Positions 19,519-29,636 of a stretch of DNA of 64,000 nucleotides are shown piece by piece. The first letter of the stretch is position 1. Each line of letters begins with the position of its first letter. This DNA comes from an uncultured Flavobacteriaceae bacterium. Its GTDB lineage: Bacteria > Bacteroidota > Bacteroidia > Flavobacteriales > Flavobacteriaceae. Below the pieces are notes generated by a model. It was not told the origin of the DNA. It made no database searches and saw only the letters and a program-made list of their open reading frames with translations. The stretch lies in assembly GCA_943787365.1 (NCBI GenBank), contig CALSMD010000006.1, positions 11,984 through 75,983 on the forward strand, given 5' to 3'. A program made the position numbers and the translations under genes.

Positions 19519-21524
19519 GATAAGACGAGCGTTATTACAGATTGAGGTTTTACTTTTTGACCACTTTTTACCGATTGTTTTGAAACGGTTCCGTTACCCT
19601 GAGTTCTTACCTTTAAACCCATGTTTTCTAAAATAGAAATTGCATCCATAGCCGACATCCCTTTTAAATTAGGCATGATCGTTTTATATTTTTGAGCTAC
19701 AGCATAATAATTATCATAACTTGCTTTAACTGTTTCCGACTTTTGATTGAGGTCATTTATCTCATCAATTACAGGAGCATCTGTAAAAATCTTTTGTGCA
19801 ATTTTTTTGAATACCGGTCCTGCCACATCAGCGCCATAATACCCAACACTTTTATCGGGTTCATGAATGACTACAATACAAGAATATTTTGGGTCATCCG
19901 CAGGGAAATAACCTGAAAATGAGGAGATATAATTCAACTGATCTTTATTTACATAATCCTTTTGACAGGTTCCTGTTTTGCCTGCCATAGAAAATTTATC
20001 GGAGTACAAACCATGCCCAGTTCCATGCTCTTTTTCTACCACATTTTTAAGAAGTTGTTGTAGTTTTAAAACCGTTTCTTCGGAACAAATTCGAGGATTA
20101 ATAACTTCGGTACTAAAGGTTTCTATGGAAGTGTCAATTTCTTTAATTTCACGTAAAAACTTTGGGCGTACCATAACTCCATCATTTGCAATGGCATTAT
20201 AAAATGTCAGGGTTTGAAGCGGTGTAAAAGAAACGCCATATCCATACGCCATCCATTGCAGTGCAATACCGCTCCAACGTCCATTTTTAATTCTTGGATC
20301 TGGAATAATCGACTTTCCTTCTCCTATAAGTGGAAGTCCTAGAGAGTCTTTAAGGTTCATTCTGTACAATCCATCCACAAATTTTTGAGGATTTTCTTTA
20401 TATGCATTGTGAATCGCCTTTACGATTCCTGTATTAGAAGATACTTCAAAGGCTTTTGCGACCGAAATGTTGCCATACCCCCCTTTTTTAGAATCTTTTA
20501 CTTTTTTACCATAATAGGACAACACCCCTTTTTTAGTATCTACCATTGTGGTGGTATCAATAACCCTGTCTTCTAAAGCGACTGCCAAGGCCATGAGCTT
20601 AAAAGTTGATCCAGGCTCGTGCGATTCACCAACTGCATAGTTAAGACGTTCATAATACAGTCCTTCTTTGTTTCGACCCAAATTAGAAATGGCGCGTATT
20701 TCGCCTGTTTTGGTTTCCATAACAACCACAGTTCCATGATCGGCTTTATAGTATTCCAATTGCTCCAAAAGTGCATGGTGGGCTATATCTTGAATATTAA
20801 CATCAATGGTTGTATAGACATCATAGCCATCTTGAGGTTCCACTTGATTATAATCTTCAATTGGTTTCCACTGCCCTTTCCCTATTTTTTGTTTACGTCT
20901 CTTACCGTCTTCACCTCTCAAATATTTTTCGCCAAAAGCACCATCAATCCCAACACGGGTTACATTGCCTTGATCATCAAAACGCTCATAACCAATCAAA
21001 CGTTGTGCAATGGATCCCATTGGATAATCGCGTTTTGTTGTTTGCTCGACTATAAGCCCTCCTTTGAAAGCACCTAAATTCAACAATGGAAAATCTCTAA
21101 ATTGCAGATACTGGGAGTAATCTAAATTACGTGCCAACAGAAAGTAGCGGTTTTTATTTTCTCGAGCTAAACGCAACTTACGTTTATATTCCTCAGACGA
21201 TGTATTATAAAAACTTGCCAACGAATCGCATAAAGGCTCTATGAACGCTTCGTAATTTTTATGACTCGGGGTTACTAAATCAATGCGGATATCATACTTA
21301 GGTACAGAAGTTGCCAACAAACTCCCTCCAACAGAATACACGTTCCCACGATTTGCTGGAATGATGTCGTCTTTAATCGTTCGGTTATCTGCAATACTGC
21401 GGTACTGATCGCCTTCAACAAATTGAATTGTAACTAATTTATACACTACCAAAAGCGCAAAAATGAACATCGCTCCACTTGTGAAGTACAGTTTGTTCAT
21501 TATAGACTTTTCAGTTGATTGCAT
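19515..21524 (-). CDS. ftsI: Class B penicillin-binding protein (FtsI/PBP3) with PASTA domain
   Basis: EPGSTFK (SxxK), SSN, KTG motifs; C-terminal PASTA (MPNLKGMS). Confidence 0.93.
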   Translation of the reverse strand: MQSTEKSIMNKLYFTSGAMFIFALLVVYKLVTIQFVEGDQYRSIADNRTIKDDIIPANRGNVYSVGGSLLATSVPKYDIRIDLVTPSHKNYEAFIEPLCDSLASFYNTSSEEYKRKLRLARENKNRYFLLARNLDYSQYLQFRDFPLLNLGAFKGGLIVEQTTKRDYPMGSIAQRLIGYERFDDQGNVTRVGIDGAFGEKYLRGEDGKRRKQKIGKGQWKPIEDYNQVEPQDGYDVYTTIDVNIQDIAHHALLEQLEYYKADHGTVVVMETKTGEIRAISNLGRNKEGLYYERLNYAVGESHEPGSTFKLMALAVALEDRVIDTTTMVDTKKGVLSYYGKKVKDSKKGGYGNISVAKAFEVSSNTGIVKAIHNAYKENPQKFVDGLYRMNLKDSLGLPLIGEGKSIIPDPRIKNGRWSGIALQWMAYGYGVSFTPLQTLTFYNAIANDGVMVRPKFLREIKEIDTSIETFSTEVINPRICSEETVLKLQQLLKNVVEKEHGTGHGLYSDKFSMAGKTGTCQKDYVNKDQLNYISSFSGYFPADDPKYSCIVVIHEPDKSVGYYGADVAGPVFKKIAQKIFTDAPVIDEINDLNQKSETVKASYDNYYAVAQKYKTIMPNLKGMSAMDAISILENMGLKVRTQGNGTVSKQSVKSGQKVKPQSVITLVLS

Positions 21525-21528
21525 TAAA

Positions 21529-21849
21529 TTAATTAGTTTTTGAGTTAATGATGATTTTAAAAGGTGGATTGGACGATGGTTTAATTCCTAGTCCTGACAA
21601 GCGCTTTCGGATCACCGATTCCATTTTCAATTCCATCAATTGCGCACGAGTTTCTACATAGGTTGAACGGTAGGCTTTCACCTGCTCATTGAGCCTTGCA
21701 ATTTTATAGACTTTACTATCTGCATTATGAGAACTTGCAATCATTCCGAGTGCAAGGGCTAAAAAAAAGAAAATCAGACGCCAATTTTTAAAAGCTCCAT
21801 CGCTCACGAGAAAGGTTCCTTTTAAAATATTGTATATCTTGTTTTTCAT
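21529..21849 (-). CDS. ftsL: FtsL-like cell division protein
   Basis: Single TM followed by coiled coil; position between rsmH and ftsI. Confidence 0.8.
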   Translation of the reverse strand: MKNKIYNILKGTFLVSDGAFKNWRLIFFFLALALGMIASSHNADSKVYKIARLNEQVKAYRSTYVETRAQLMELKMESVIRKRLSGLGIKPSSNPPFKIIINSKTN

Positions 21850-21857
21850 TCGTCTGA

Positions 21858-22766
21858 TTATGTATTTAGCTTCTCAGCAATCCTTAGTTTAGCACTACGT
21901 GCTCTGTTATTTAGTTTTATTTCTTTTGCATCTGGAACAATCAAACCCCCTACTTTCTTTAGTGGAACTTCAAAATTCCCAAATACATCTCTTTCTGGTT
22001 CTCCTTCAAACAAGCCGTTTCTTATAAATCGTTTAACCAATCGATCTTCTAAAGAGTGATAGGATATAACACTCAATCGTCCTCCTTCATTTAACAACTC
22101 TGGAGTTTGTAATAAAAACGCTTTAAGAGCCTCAATTTCTTGATTCACTTCAATCCGAATTGCTTGATATATCTGTGCTAAAATTTTATTTTCTCTTCCA
22201 TTCGGAAGGTGTTTTTTTAAAACAGCTTTCAACTCAAAGGTGGTTTCTATTTCTTTTTCGGCTCTTGCGGCTACAATGGTTTTTGCCAAGGCTGGAGCTG
22301 TCCTTAATTCTCCATACTGCCAAAATACACGTTTCAAATCTTCCTCTTCATAGGTGTTTACCAACGAATGTGCCGAAAGGCTATCTTGTTGATTCATCCG
22401 CATATCTAATTGAGCATCAAATCGGATTGAAAACCCCCTGTCAGCTTCATCAAATTGATGCGAGGAAACTCCAAAATCAGCTAAAATTCCATCAACAGAT
22501 TTAATGCCATGGAATCTCAAAAAGCGTTTCACATATCTGAAGTTCTCATTTATCAATAAAAATCGAGAGTCCTCTATTGTATTTAAAAGAGCGTCTTTGT
22601 CCTGATCAAAGGCAATTAACCTTCCTTTTGAACCCAAAGATTCAAGTATTTTTCTGCTATGACCTCCACCTCCAAATGTCACATCTACATAAATACCGTC
22701 TTCCTTAATATTTAATCCCTCAACGGTTTCGCTGAGTAATACAGGGTTATGATAATCTATCTGCAT
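21858..22766 (-). CDS. rsmH: 16S rRNA m4C1402 methyltransferase
   Basis: HNPVLL, DVTFGGGGHS, ISYHSLEDR, NNRARSAKLR. Confidence 0.97.
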   Translation of the reverse strand: MQIDYHNPVLLSETVEGLNIKEDGIYVDVTFGGGGHSRKILESLGSKGRLIAFDQDKDALLNTIEDSRFLLINENFRYVKRFLRFHGIKSVDGILADFGVSSHQFDEADRGFSIRFDAQLDMRMNQQDSLSAHSLVNTYEEEDLKRVFWQYGELRTAPALAKTIVAARAEKEIETTFELKAVLKKHLPNGRENKILAQIYQAIRIEVNQEIEALKAFLLQTPELLNEGGRLSVISYHSLEDRLVKRFIRNGLFEGEPERDVFGNFEVPLKKVGGLIVPDAKEIKLNNRARSAKLRIAEKLNT

Positions 22767-23214
22767 CGTCTTGTCCCATTACATCTTCTGCTAAATCTGC
22801 AAAATCATTCGCAGCATCATCAATAGCCTTTTCGTATTTATCTTTATCCCATATTTCAATAATATTCACTGCCGAAGTCACTACAATTTCTTTAGTAATT
22901 CCTGCAAAACCTACAAGGTCTTTTGGAATTAACAGTCGTCCTGATACATCTAAGTCAACAGACTTGACTCCTGCTGTAAATCGTCTGATAAAATCATTGT
23001 TTTTCTTTTTGAATCGATTGAGCTTATTGACGTTGTGCATCATCGACTCCCACTCTTGCATTGGATATAACTCTAAACAGGGCTGAAAAACGGCACGCTT
23101 TAAAACAAAGCCTTTTTCCGTAACAGAAGCAAGCTGCTTTTTAAACGCAACTGGCAGCATAAGCCTGCCTTTTGCATCTACCTTACATTCGTATGTTCCA
23201 ATTAATGTATTCAC
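22747..23214 (-). CDS. mraZ: Division/cell wall cluster repressor MraZ (GTG start)
   Basis: Two DxxGR motifs (DAKGRL, DVSGRL); first gene of the dcw cluster. Confidence 0.96.
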   Translation of the reverse strand: MNTLIGTYECKVDAKGRLMLPVAFKKQLASVTEKGFVLKRAVFQPCLELYPMQEWESMMHNVNKLNRFKKKNNDFIRRFTAGVKSVDLDVSGRLLIPKDLVGFAGITKEIVVTSAVNIIEIWDKDKYEKAIDDAANDFADLAEDVMGQDDADRLS

Positions 23215-23248
23215 GCTGCAGTGTTCTGATTTATTATATTCTTAACTT

Positions 23249-23256
23249 CAAAGCTA
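23249..23256 (-). promoter_or_regulatory. Bacteroidota sigma-A -7 element of the dcw promoter
   Basis: TAGCTTTG on the minus strand matches TAnnTTTG, 34 nt upstream of mraZ. Confidence 0.75.
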
Positions 23257-23262
23257 AAAAAT

Positions 23263-23292
23263 ATTTACCACAATTTACCACAATTTACCACA
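23263..23292 (-). promoter_or_regulatory. MraZ operator: three perfect 10-bp direct repeats
   Basis: (TGTGGTAAAT)x3 on the minus strand; GTGG cores at 10-bp spacing upstream of mraZ match the known MraZ-binding architecture. Confidence 0.85.
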
Positions 23293-23514
23293 TTGTTAAT
23301 AAATTTCTATAAACAGCATATTAAATCGATAAACTGCATAAATTTTAATGTTATACAATAGAGAACCAACAACTTACAAAGTGGTAGAGACTATCAACAA
23401 AAGGCTGTTAATTACTTTTATGAAGTGAATATTAAGGTTTATAGCGACATTAAAAACGCTAAAATCAATTGACAGTTCGCTTTAAATATTCAAAACATTT
23501 TAAATTAAATTGTG

Positions 23515-23522
23515 TAGATTTG
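23515..23522 (+). promoter_or_regulatory. -7 promoter element for the hydrolase-engB pair
   Basis: TAGATTTG upstream of ATG 23549. Confidence 0.65.
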
Positions 23523-23548
23523 CCAGAGACCAATTTTTTTGTATCAAT

Positions 23549-24313
23549 ATGAATTATAGTTTAAAGCAAGAGGGGAAATTCAACTACGTTGAAATCGGTG
23601 AAGGACAGCCAATTATAATTCTTCATGGATTGATGGGTGGATTAAGTAATTTTGACGGAGTTACTGAATTTTTTAGCAAGAACGGATACATGGTTGTTCT
23701 TCCTGAGTTACCTCTATATTCCTTGTCTTTACTTAAAACAAACGTTAAAAGTTTTTCAAATTACTTAAATGATTTTATCGAATTTAGAGGCTATAAAGAT
23801 GTCATCCTTATTGGAAATTCACTGGGTGGTCATATAGGGCTGTATTATACAAAGTTATACCCTAATGAAGTAAAAGCACTTATAATTACAGGCAGTTCTG
23901 GACTCTACGAAAGTGCAATGGGCAGCGGCTACACAAAACGTAGCGACTACGAAGTAATGAAAGCAAAAGCTCAAGAAGTGTTTTACGATCCTGAAGTGGC
24001 TACCAAAGCCATCGTAGATGAAGTTTATGAGACTGTAAATGACCGTAATAAACTCATAAAAATACTCGCCATTGCAAAAAGTGCCATCCGTCACAACATG
24101 GCAAAAGACCTCCCTGGAATTACATCCCCAACGTGCGTTGTATGGGGTAAAAATGATATTGTAACCCCTCCAAATGTTGCTGAAGAGTTTGATAAATTAC
24201 TTCCTGATTCAGAGTTATTTTGGATTGATAAATGTGGCCATGCAGCTATGATGGAACACCCCGATCGATTTAATGAAATCGTGTATGAGTGGTTTACTAA
24301 AAGAGGGTTTTAA
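23549..24313 (+). CDS. Alpha/beta fold hydrolase
   Basis: ILHGLMG oxyanion region, GNSLGG nucleophile elbow, CGHAAMMEHP; start moved to the ATG downstream of the promoter. Confidence 0.9.
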   Translation: MNYSLKQEGKFNYVEIGEGQPIIILHGLMGGLSNFDGVTEFFSKNGYMVVLPELPLYSLSLLKTNVKSFSNYLNDFIEFRGYKDVILIGNSLGGHIGLYYTKLYPNEVKALIITGSSGLYESAMGSGYTKRSDYEVMKAKAQEVFYDPEVATKAIVDEVYETVNDRNKLIKILAIAKSAIRHNMAKDLPGITSPTCVVWGKNDIVTPPNVAEEFDKLLPDSELFWIDKCGHAAMMEHPDRFNEIVYEWFTKRGF

Positions 24314-24325
24314 AATATAACAGTT

Positions 24326-24952
24326 ATGCAAATTAAAACGGCTGAGTTTGTGGTAAGCAACCAAGAAGTCGCAAAATGCCCCACAAACAAACTTCCTGAA
24401 TACGCTTTTATTGGACGCAGTAACGTTGGTAAGTCATCACTCATTAACATGCTTACCAATCAAAAAAACTTAGCTAAAACATCTGGACGCCCAGGAAAAA
24501 CACAATTGATCAATCATTTTTTAATAAATAAAGAATGGTTTTTAGTAGATCTACCTGGCTATGGATATGCTCGAGTTTCTAAGGCCGCTAAAAAAACATT
24601 TCAAAAATTTATTACTGCTTATTTTAGCGAACGAAAACAACTGGTTTCTGCATTTGTTTTAGTTGATATTCGTCATGCTCCCCAAACAGTTGATTTGGCG
24701 TTTATGCAGTGGTTAGGAGAGCATGGAATCCCTTTTTCAATCATTTTTACGAAAGCAGATAAACTACGTCCCAAAGCAATTGAAGATCACATTGATAAGT
24801 ATAAAAGCATTCTTTTAGAAACTTGGGAAGAATTCCCTAATTACTTTGTTACTTCTTCTGCAAATTATACTGGAAAAGATGCGCTGTTAAATTACATCGA
24901 CACCATAAATAAAGACCTGATCGCCTCGGCTAATAAATCACCTCTTCAATAA
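24326..24952 (+). CDS. engB: Ribosome biogenesis GTPase YihA/YsxC
   Basis: GRSNVGKSS, PGKTQ, DLPGYG, TKADK. Confidence 0.95.
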   Translation: MQIKTAEFVVSNQEVAKCPTNKLPEYAFIGRSNVGKSSLINMLTNQKNLAKTSGRPGKTQLINHFLINKEWFLVDLPGYGYARVSKAAKKTFQKFITAYFSERKQLVSAFVLVDIRHAPQTVDLAFMQWLGEHGIPFSIIFTKADKLRPKAIEDHIDKYKSILLETWEEFPNYFVTSSANYTGKDALLNYIDTINKDLIASANKSPLQ

Positions 24953-26588
24953 CAGTTCCTGTGGCTCCGCTTGGTAAAGCAATTCCTAAAAGTGCCGAAA
25001 TTGTAGGAGCAATGTCCGTCACGTTGGTACGTTTGTAAGTTTTTCCGGGCTGTATTCCATTCCCATAAAACAATAGAGGTACATGCGTATCGTAGTTATA
25101 TCCAGACCCGTGTGTGGTGCCTTTTGAATCATAAGAAATCACCCCCGATTCAAGCGTAAACAACACGTCTCCAGAGAGTTTTTGGTGATAGCCATTCTGA
25201 AGCATTTTCTCTGCACCTTCTTTAAAATAACGCGTTTGCATTGTGGTAGCTGTATAGGCCTTTTTAATGTGTGGGTAGCTGATAATTTCATTTACAACAA
25301 ATTTCTGTACATCTTCTAAGTTGACTTTCAATGCAGTAATACGTTCCTGATTTAAAAACACTTGATCATTACTGATTTTCATGATTAAGTCCGAAACACC
25401 ATATTTCTTTTTTAGGTTTGTATATAAAGACGCAAAACTATTTTTTGGCACATAACCACTGGGAATGTGTACATCCGTTAAAAAAGATGGGACATCTACA
25501 GCTCCGTGATCAGAAGTTAAAAATAAAGTATAATTTCCTGCGCCCACCTTAGCATCTAGGTAATTGAGCAAACGTTCTACTTCTAAATCTAAACGTAAAT
25601 ACGTATCTTGTAGTTCTACCGAGTTGATCCCAAAATTATGTCCTATATAATCCGTAGATGAATAACTTACAGTCAAAAAATCCGTGTAATCATCTACCCC
25701 CAAACTTTCAGCTTCAATGGCAGATAATGCAAAATCTGTAATCATTGTATTTCCGAAAGGCGTGCTTTTAATAATATCATAGCCCTCGTTTAATTCCATT
25801 AAGGCTTTTAAATCGTAAGGAAACTCAGACGTTGATTTTCCATTAAAGCCTTGTTCATAATCGGACAAATCAGAACCACTTTCTTCATAAAGACTGATAT
25901 CATAAAGTGTGTTCCATGGTTTTAAATAAGATGCTATATTAGAGGGGGTGTTAAAATCCTTAACCCATTGTGGAAGTGCATCCATATAATAGGTACTAGT
26001 CATCCATTTCCCTTCATTTAAACCTTCAAACCAATACGCTCCATTTGCCGTATGTCCGGAGGGGAACACAGCTCCACGGTCTTTAATAGAAACGCCTATT
26101 GTTTTTCCGTTCATTTGTGTAAACAATCTGTTTTGATCGGCAAGGGTGGTCACTTTCATATTTCGAGGAGATGCTTGTCCATATTTTGCAGCGGCACCTA
26201 CAGGAATATATGCTTTATCTGTTGTGCAATAAACGGTTGAGTTTGACGCTTTATCATACCAACTATTCCCAATAATTCCGTGCACACTTGGAGTGGTACC
26301 TGTAAAAATTGAAGCATGACCAGGTGCTGTATAGGTTGGTATAAAATTAAAATGATGGTTATTACAACTATAGCCTTGTTTTATCAACCTTAAAAATCCA
26401 TTGGCAGAATATTTTTTTTTGAAACGATTCAAATAATCAAAACGCATTTGATCGACCACTACTCCTACCACGAGCTTTGGTTTCGAAGTTATTATATCCA
26501 AATTATTGGAAGATGAATACTCAGGGCTATTTTTACAAGAAAAAATACCCAAAAACAAAAAGAGGTAAGTGAATTTTGGAAACTTCAT
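24930..26588 (-). CDS. pafA: Alkaline phosphatase PafA family lipoprotein
   Basis: Lipobox FSC, VVVDQMR, PTYTAPGH (Thr nucleophile), SIKDRG, DYIGH, TSDHG, THGSGYNYDTHVP. Confidence 0.88.
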   Translation of the reverse strand: MKFPKFTYLFLFLGIFSCKNSPEYSSSNNLDIITSKPKLVVGVVVDQMRFDYLNRFKKKYSANGFLRLIKQGYSCNNHHFNFIPTYTAPGHASIFTGTTPSVHGIIGNSWYDKASNSTVYCTTDKAYIPVGAAAKYGQASPRNMKVTTLADQNRLFTQMNGKTIGVSIKDRGAVFPSGHTANGAYWFEGLNEGKWMTSTYYMDALPQWVKDFNTPSNIASYLKPWNTLYDISLYEESGSDLSDYEQGFNGKSTSEFPYDLKALMELNEGYDIIKSTPFGNTMITDFALSAIEAESLGVDDYTDFLTVSYSSTDYIGHNFGINSVELQDTYLRLDLEVERLLNYLDAKVGAGNYTLFLTSDHGAVDVPSFLTDVHIPSGYVPKNSFASLYTNLKKKYGVSDLIMKISNDQVFLNQERITALKVNLEDVQKFVVNEIISYPHIKKAYTATTMQTRYFKEGAEKMLQNGYHQKLSGDVLFTLESGVISYDSKGTTHGSGYNYDTHVPLLFYGNGIQPGKTYKRTNVTDIAPTISALLGIALPSGATGTVIEEVIY

Positions 26589-26608
26589 AATTAAGACTTG
26601 TTGATGGT

Positions 26609-26616
26609 CAAAAATA
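26609..26616 (-). promoter_or_regulatory. -7 promoter element for pafA
   Basis: TATTTTTG on the minus strand about 20 nt upstream of the start. Confidence 0.5.
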
Positions 26617-26695
26617 CATCTTTTTTTAATGATTCCATTTTAATAACTACAAATTAATGGGGAGTTTTTTTTACTTTAGCATTAATTACATTTTT

Positions 26696-27433
26696 ATGAA
26701 CTACCTCCACAATATTGGGTCTTATTTTTTAATGATTGGCGAAATGCTTCGCAAACCGACAAAATGGTCTGTGATGAAGCAATTGATTCTAAAGGATATT
26801 GAAGATTTAATTATCGGCTCTATTGGTATTGTTGCATTTATCTCATTTTTTGTGGGCGGGGTTGTTACCATACAAACAGCTCTTAACATTGACAATCCAT
26901 TGATTCCAAAATACCTTGTAGGTTTTGCCACGCGTCAATCTGTTATTTTAGAATTTGCTCCCACTTTTATTTCTGTTATTATGGCTGGGAAAATGGGGTC
27001 TTTTATAACTTCTAGTATTGGAACGATGCGAGTTACAGAACAAATTGACGCTTTAGAAGTAATGGGGATCAACTCTGTGAATTACTTAGTATTTCCAAAA
27101 GTTATTGCGCTTTTCTTATACCCTTTTGTAATTTCAATCGCTATGTTTTTAGGGATTATTGGTGGAATGGCTGCCTGTGTTTATGGCGGGTTTTCAAGTT
27201 TTGAAGATTATGTGATTGGAGTACAAATGGACTTTATTCCTTTTCATATGGCTTATGCTTTTATTAAAACATTTGTATTTGCCTTTTTATTGGCAACCAT
27301 CCCTTCCTTCCACGGATATTATATGAAAGGTGGTGCATTGGAAGTCGGTAAAGCAAGTACGACGGCTTTTGTTTGGACAAGTGTATCCATCATTCTATTA
27401 AATTATATTTTAACTCAAATGTTACTAAGCTAA
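26696..27433 (+). CDS. MlaE family ABC transporter permease
   Basis: LEFAP, GTMRVTEQIDALEVMG, VGKASTTAFV; likely start MNYLHN. Confidence 0.92.
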   Translation: MNYLHNIGSYFLMIGEMLRKPTKWSVMKQLILKDIEDLIIGSIGIVAFISFFVGGVVTIQTALNIDNPLIPKYLVGFATRQSVILEFAPTFISVIMAGKMGSFITSSIGTMRVTEQIDALEVMGINSVNYLVFPKVIALFLYPFVISIAMFLGIIGGMAACVYGGFSSFEDYVIGVQMDFIPFHMAYAFIKTFVFAFLLATIPSFHGYYMKGGALEVGKASTTAFVWTSVSIILLNYILTQMLLS

Positions 27434-28197
27434 TGATTAAAATCAAAAACCTACATAAATCATTTGAAGACACCAAAGTCTTAAAAGGAATTTCTACTGT
27501 TTTTGAATCTGGAAAAACCAACCTTATCATTGGACAAAGTGGATCTGGAAAAACGGTTTTGCTAAAGTGTTTACTTGGGCTTTTTGATTATGAAGAAGGC
27601 AGTATTACGTATGATGAAAACATATTTTCAACCCTTTCCGATAATGAAAAAAGAACCCTACGTTCGCAAATTGGTATGGTCTTTCAGGGTGGGGCTCTTT
27701 TTGATTCCTTAACAATTGCGGAAAATGTCATGTTTCCTTTAAGGATGTTTACAAAACAAACGCGAGGCGAAATGGAGGACCGAGTAAATTCTGCTTTGAA
27801 GCGCGTGAACCTAGAAAATGCACATGATAAAATGCCTAGTGAAGCCTCTGGTGGAATGCAAAAACGAGTTGCAATCGCAAGAGCGATCGTAAATAACCCT
27901 AAATATTTGTTTTGTGATGAACCCAACTCTGGTTTGGATCCTAAAACAGCCATTGTCATAGATAATTTAATTCAAGAAATTACCCATGAAAATAATATTG
28001 TAACAGTGATCAACACACATGACATGAATTCTGTCATGGAGATTGGTCAAAATATTCTGTTTCTAAAAGATGGACATAATGCTTGGGAAGGCAGTAAGGA
28101 CACGATCTTTAGAACGGACAATAAAGTCGTTACAGATTTTGTGTACTCTTCTAATTTGTTCAAAAAAGTACGTAAGATGTACTTAGAAGACCATTGA
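27433..28197 (+). CDS. MlaF-like ABC transporter ATP-binding protein
   Basis: GQSGSGKT, SGGMQKRVAIARA, CDEPNSGLDP; TAATG coupling with the permease stop. Confidence 0.92.
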   Translation: MIKIKNLHKSFEDTKVLKGISTVFESGKTNLIIGQSGSGKTVLLKCLLGLFDYEEGSITYDENIFSTLSDNEKRTLRSQIGMVFQGGALFDSLTIAENVMFPLRMFTKQTRGEMEDRVNSALKRVNLENAHDKMPSEASGGMQKRVAIARAIVNNPKYLFCDEPNSGLDPKTAIVIDNLIQEITHENNIVTVINTHDMNSVMEIGQNILFLKDGHNAWEGSKDTIFRTDNKVVTDFVYSSNLFKKVRKMYLEDH

Positions 28198-28200
28198 TTC

Positions 28201-29634
28201 TTAATTACTAATTACCTCAACATCATCTGCTTCAAGTTCTTTTTCGATCCAAGTTTTTAAAGCTTGTTTTTTAAGTACTACCAGACTGTCTGACAAAGCA
28301 GAATTCCATTTTGTTTTAATCAGCGTAATTGTATCTGCATTTCTAAAATTTGAAGATGCCAACATTTTTGCATAGCCAAAAGATTCTAAGTCAGAAAATT
28401 GAATTTTAGCATCTTTCGATAGGTTTAAAAACACTTTTGAATCCATGTCGTTTTTATTGGAACTGAGGACTAATTTAAGACTGTCGATATTCATTTCTAA
28501 GGCAGCAATGATGCTGTCTCGTTTTTCAATTTTATCAATCGCAACATCATAGAGATCCAAAATTTTATCTGCACTTCGGTTTTTATTTCCGTTAATGGTT
28601 AAACTAAACTCTTGAAGGTATTCATAGCCTTTCAACTCATTTATTAAGTCTGATTTGGTTGCTTCGGCAATTTCTCCATTAAAATTTAGTGTGATCATTT
28701 TTTCATCGAAATCAATTTTATCGCGCTGAAGCCAAAGATTATCATTCTGATTAATTTCGGATTCTAAATATGTTTTATAATCCTGCTCATAACGTGTTTC
28801 TTGCAAAACATTATAAAACGTCCACCCAGCTGGAAGCATCGCTGCCAAAGCCAAGAGCGTTGCAATGCGAGCAATGTTTTTTCTACGCTGCGAATTGGCA
28901 TATTTTAACATTGGAAACCTCAAGATCTTTAAAACCAAAAATGTAGCTAAAGCAATAAAAATTGTATTAATTGTAAACAAATACATGGCACCAAAGAAGT
29001 AATCAAAATTACCCTGAGACAATCCGTAGCCTGCGGTACACAAAGGAGGCATTAAGGCTGTAGCGATTGCTACACCAAAAATCACACTTGCAACAGTCCC
29101 CTTTTTAGTTCTTGCAATGATGAGTGCGAGACCTCCAAAAAATGCAATAAGAACATCTCTAATATCGGGTTTAACACGTCCCAATAATTCCGAGTTGTCT
29201 TGACTTAATGGAAATAGGTAAAAGAACAAAAAAGCAGTTAACAGACTCAAAACGAGCATGGTTGCTAAATTGATTAAGGATTTTCTGAGGGTATCAATAT
29301 CATTAATCGCAATTGAGAGTCCAATTCCAAGTATGGGACCCATAAGTGGGGATATTAACATCGCTCCGATGACTACTGCGGTCGAATTAGCGTTTAACCC
29401 AACCGATGCCACAAAAATAGAACAAATCAAAATCCAAGCCGTAGCCCCTTTAAAAGGAATGTCTGTTTTTATTGCGGCTATTGTCGCCTCTCTATCCGTG
29501 TCATGTCTAAAATCTAAGAGTTCAATTATAAATGTTTTCAACGAGATCCAAAGCCCTTTAGCATCTTCCTTAACAGCAGCTTTAGATTGCTCTGTGTTTA
29601 CGTTTTCTAACTCTTGATTTAGATTGTTATCCAT
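28201..29634 (-). CDS. DUF389 (TIGR00341-like) membrane protein
   Basis: STAVVIGAMLISPLMGP, GVAIATALMPPLC motifs. Confidence 0.88.
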   Translation of the reverse strand: MDNNLNQELENVNTEQSKAAVKEDAKGLWISLKTFIIELLDFRHDTDREATIAAIKTDIPFKGATAWILICSIFVASVGLNANSTAVVIGAMLISPLMGPILGIGLSIAINDIDTLRKSLINLATMLVLSLLTAFLFFYLFPLSQDNSELLGRVKPDIRDVLIAFFGGLALIIARTKKGTVASVIFGVAIATALMPPLCTAGYGLSQGNFDYFFGAMYLFTINTIFIALATFLVLKILRFPMLKYANSQRRKNIARIATLLALAAMLPAGWTFYNVLQETRYEQDYKTYLESEINQNDNLWLQRDKIDFDEKMITLNFNGEIAEATKSDLINELKGYEYLQEFSLTINGNKNRSADKILDLYDVAIDKIEKRDSIIAALEMNIDSLKLVLSSNKNDMDSKVFLNLSKDAKIQFSDLESFGYAKMLASSNFRNADTITLIKTKWNSALSDSLVVLKKQALKTWIEKELEADDVEVISN

Positions 29635-29636
29635 AA

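Noticed and set aside
7873-23214. murF, ddl and murB missing from the dcw cluster
   Set aside because: Usual Flavobacteriia arrangement; these genes are expected elsewhere.
23263-23292. Tandem 10-bp repeat as a CRISPR or VNTR
   Set aside because: No spacers and no cas genes; position and GTGG core fit an MraZ operator.
24930-24952. 23-bp tail-to-tail overlap of engB and pafA
   Set aside because: Short convergent overlaps are common in compact genomes.
26696-28197. mlaE/mlaF-like pair without mlaD
   Set aside because: The MCE-domain partner is often encoded elsewhere in Bacteroidota; nothing unusual is visible.
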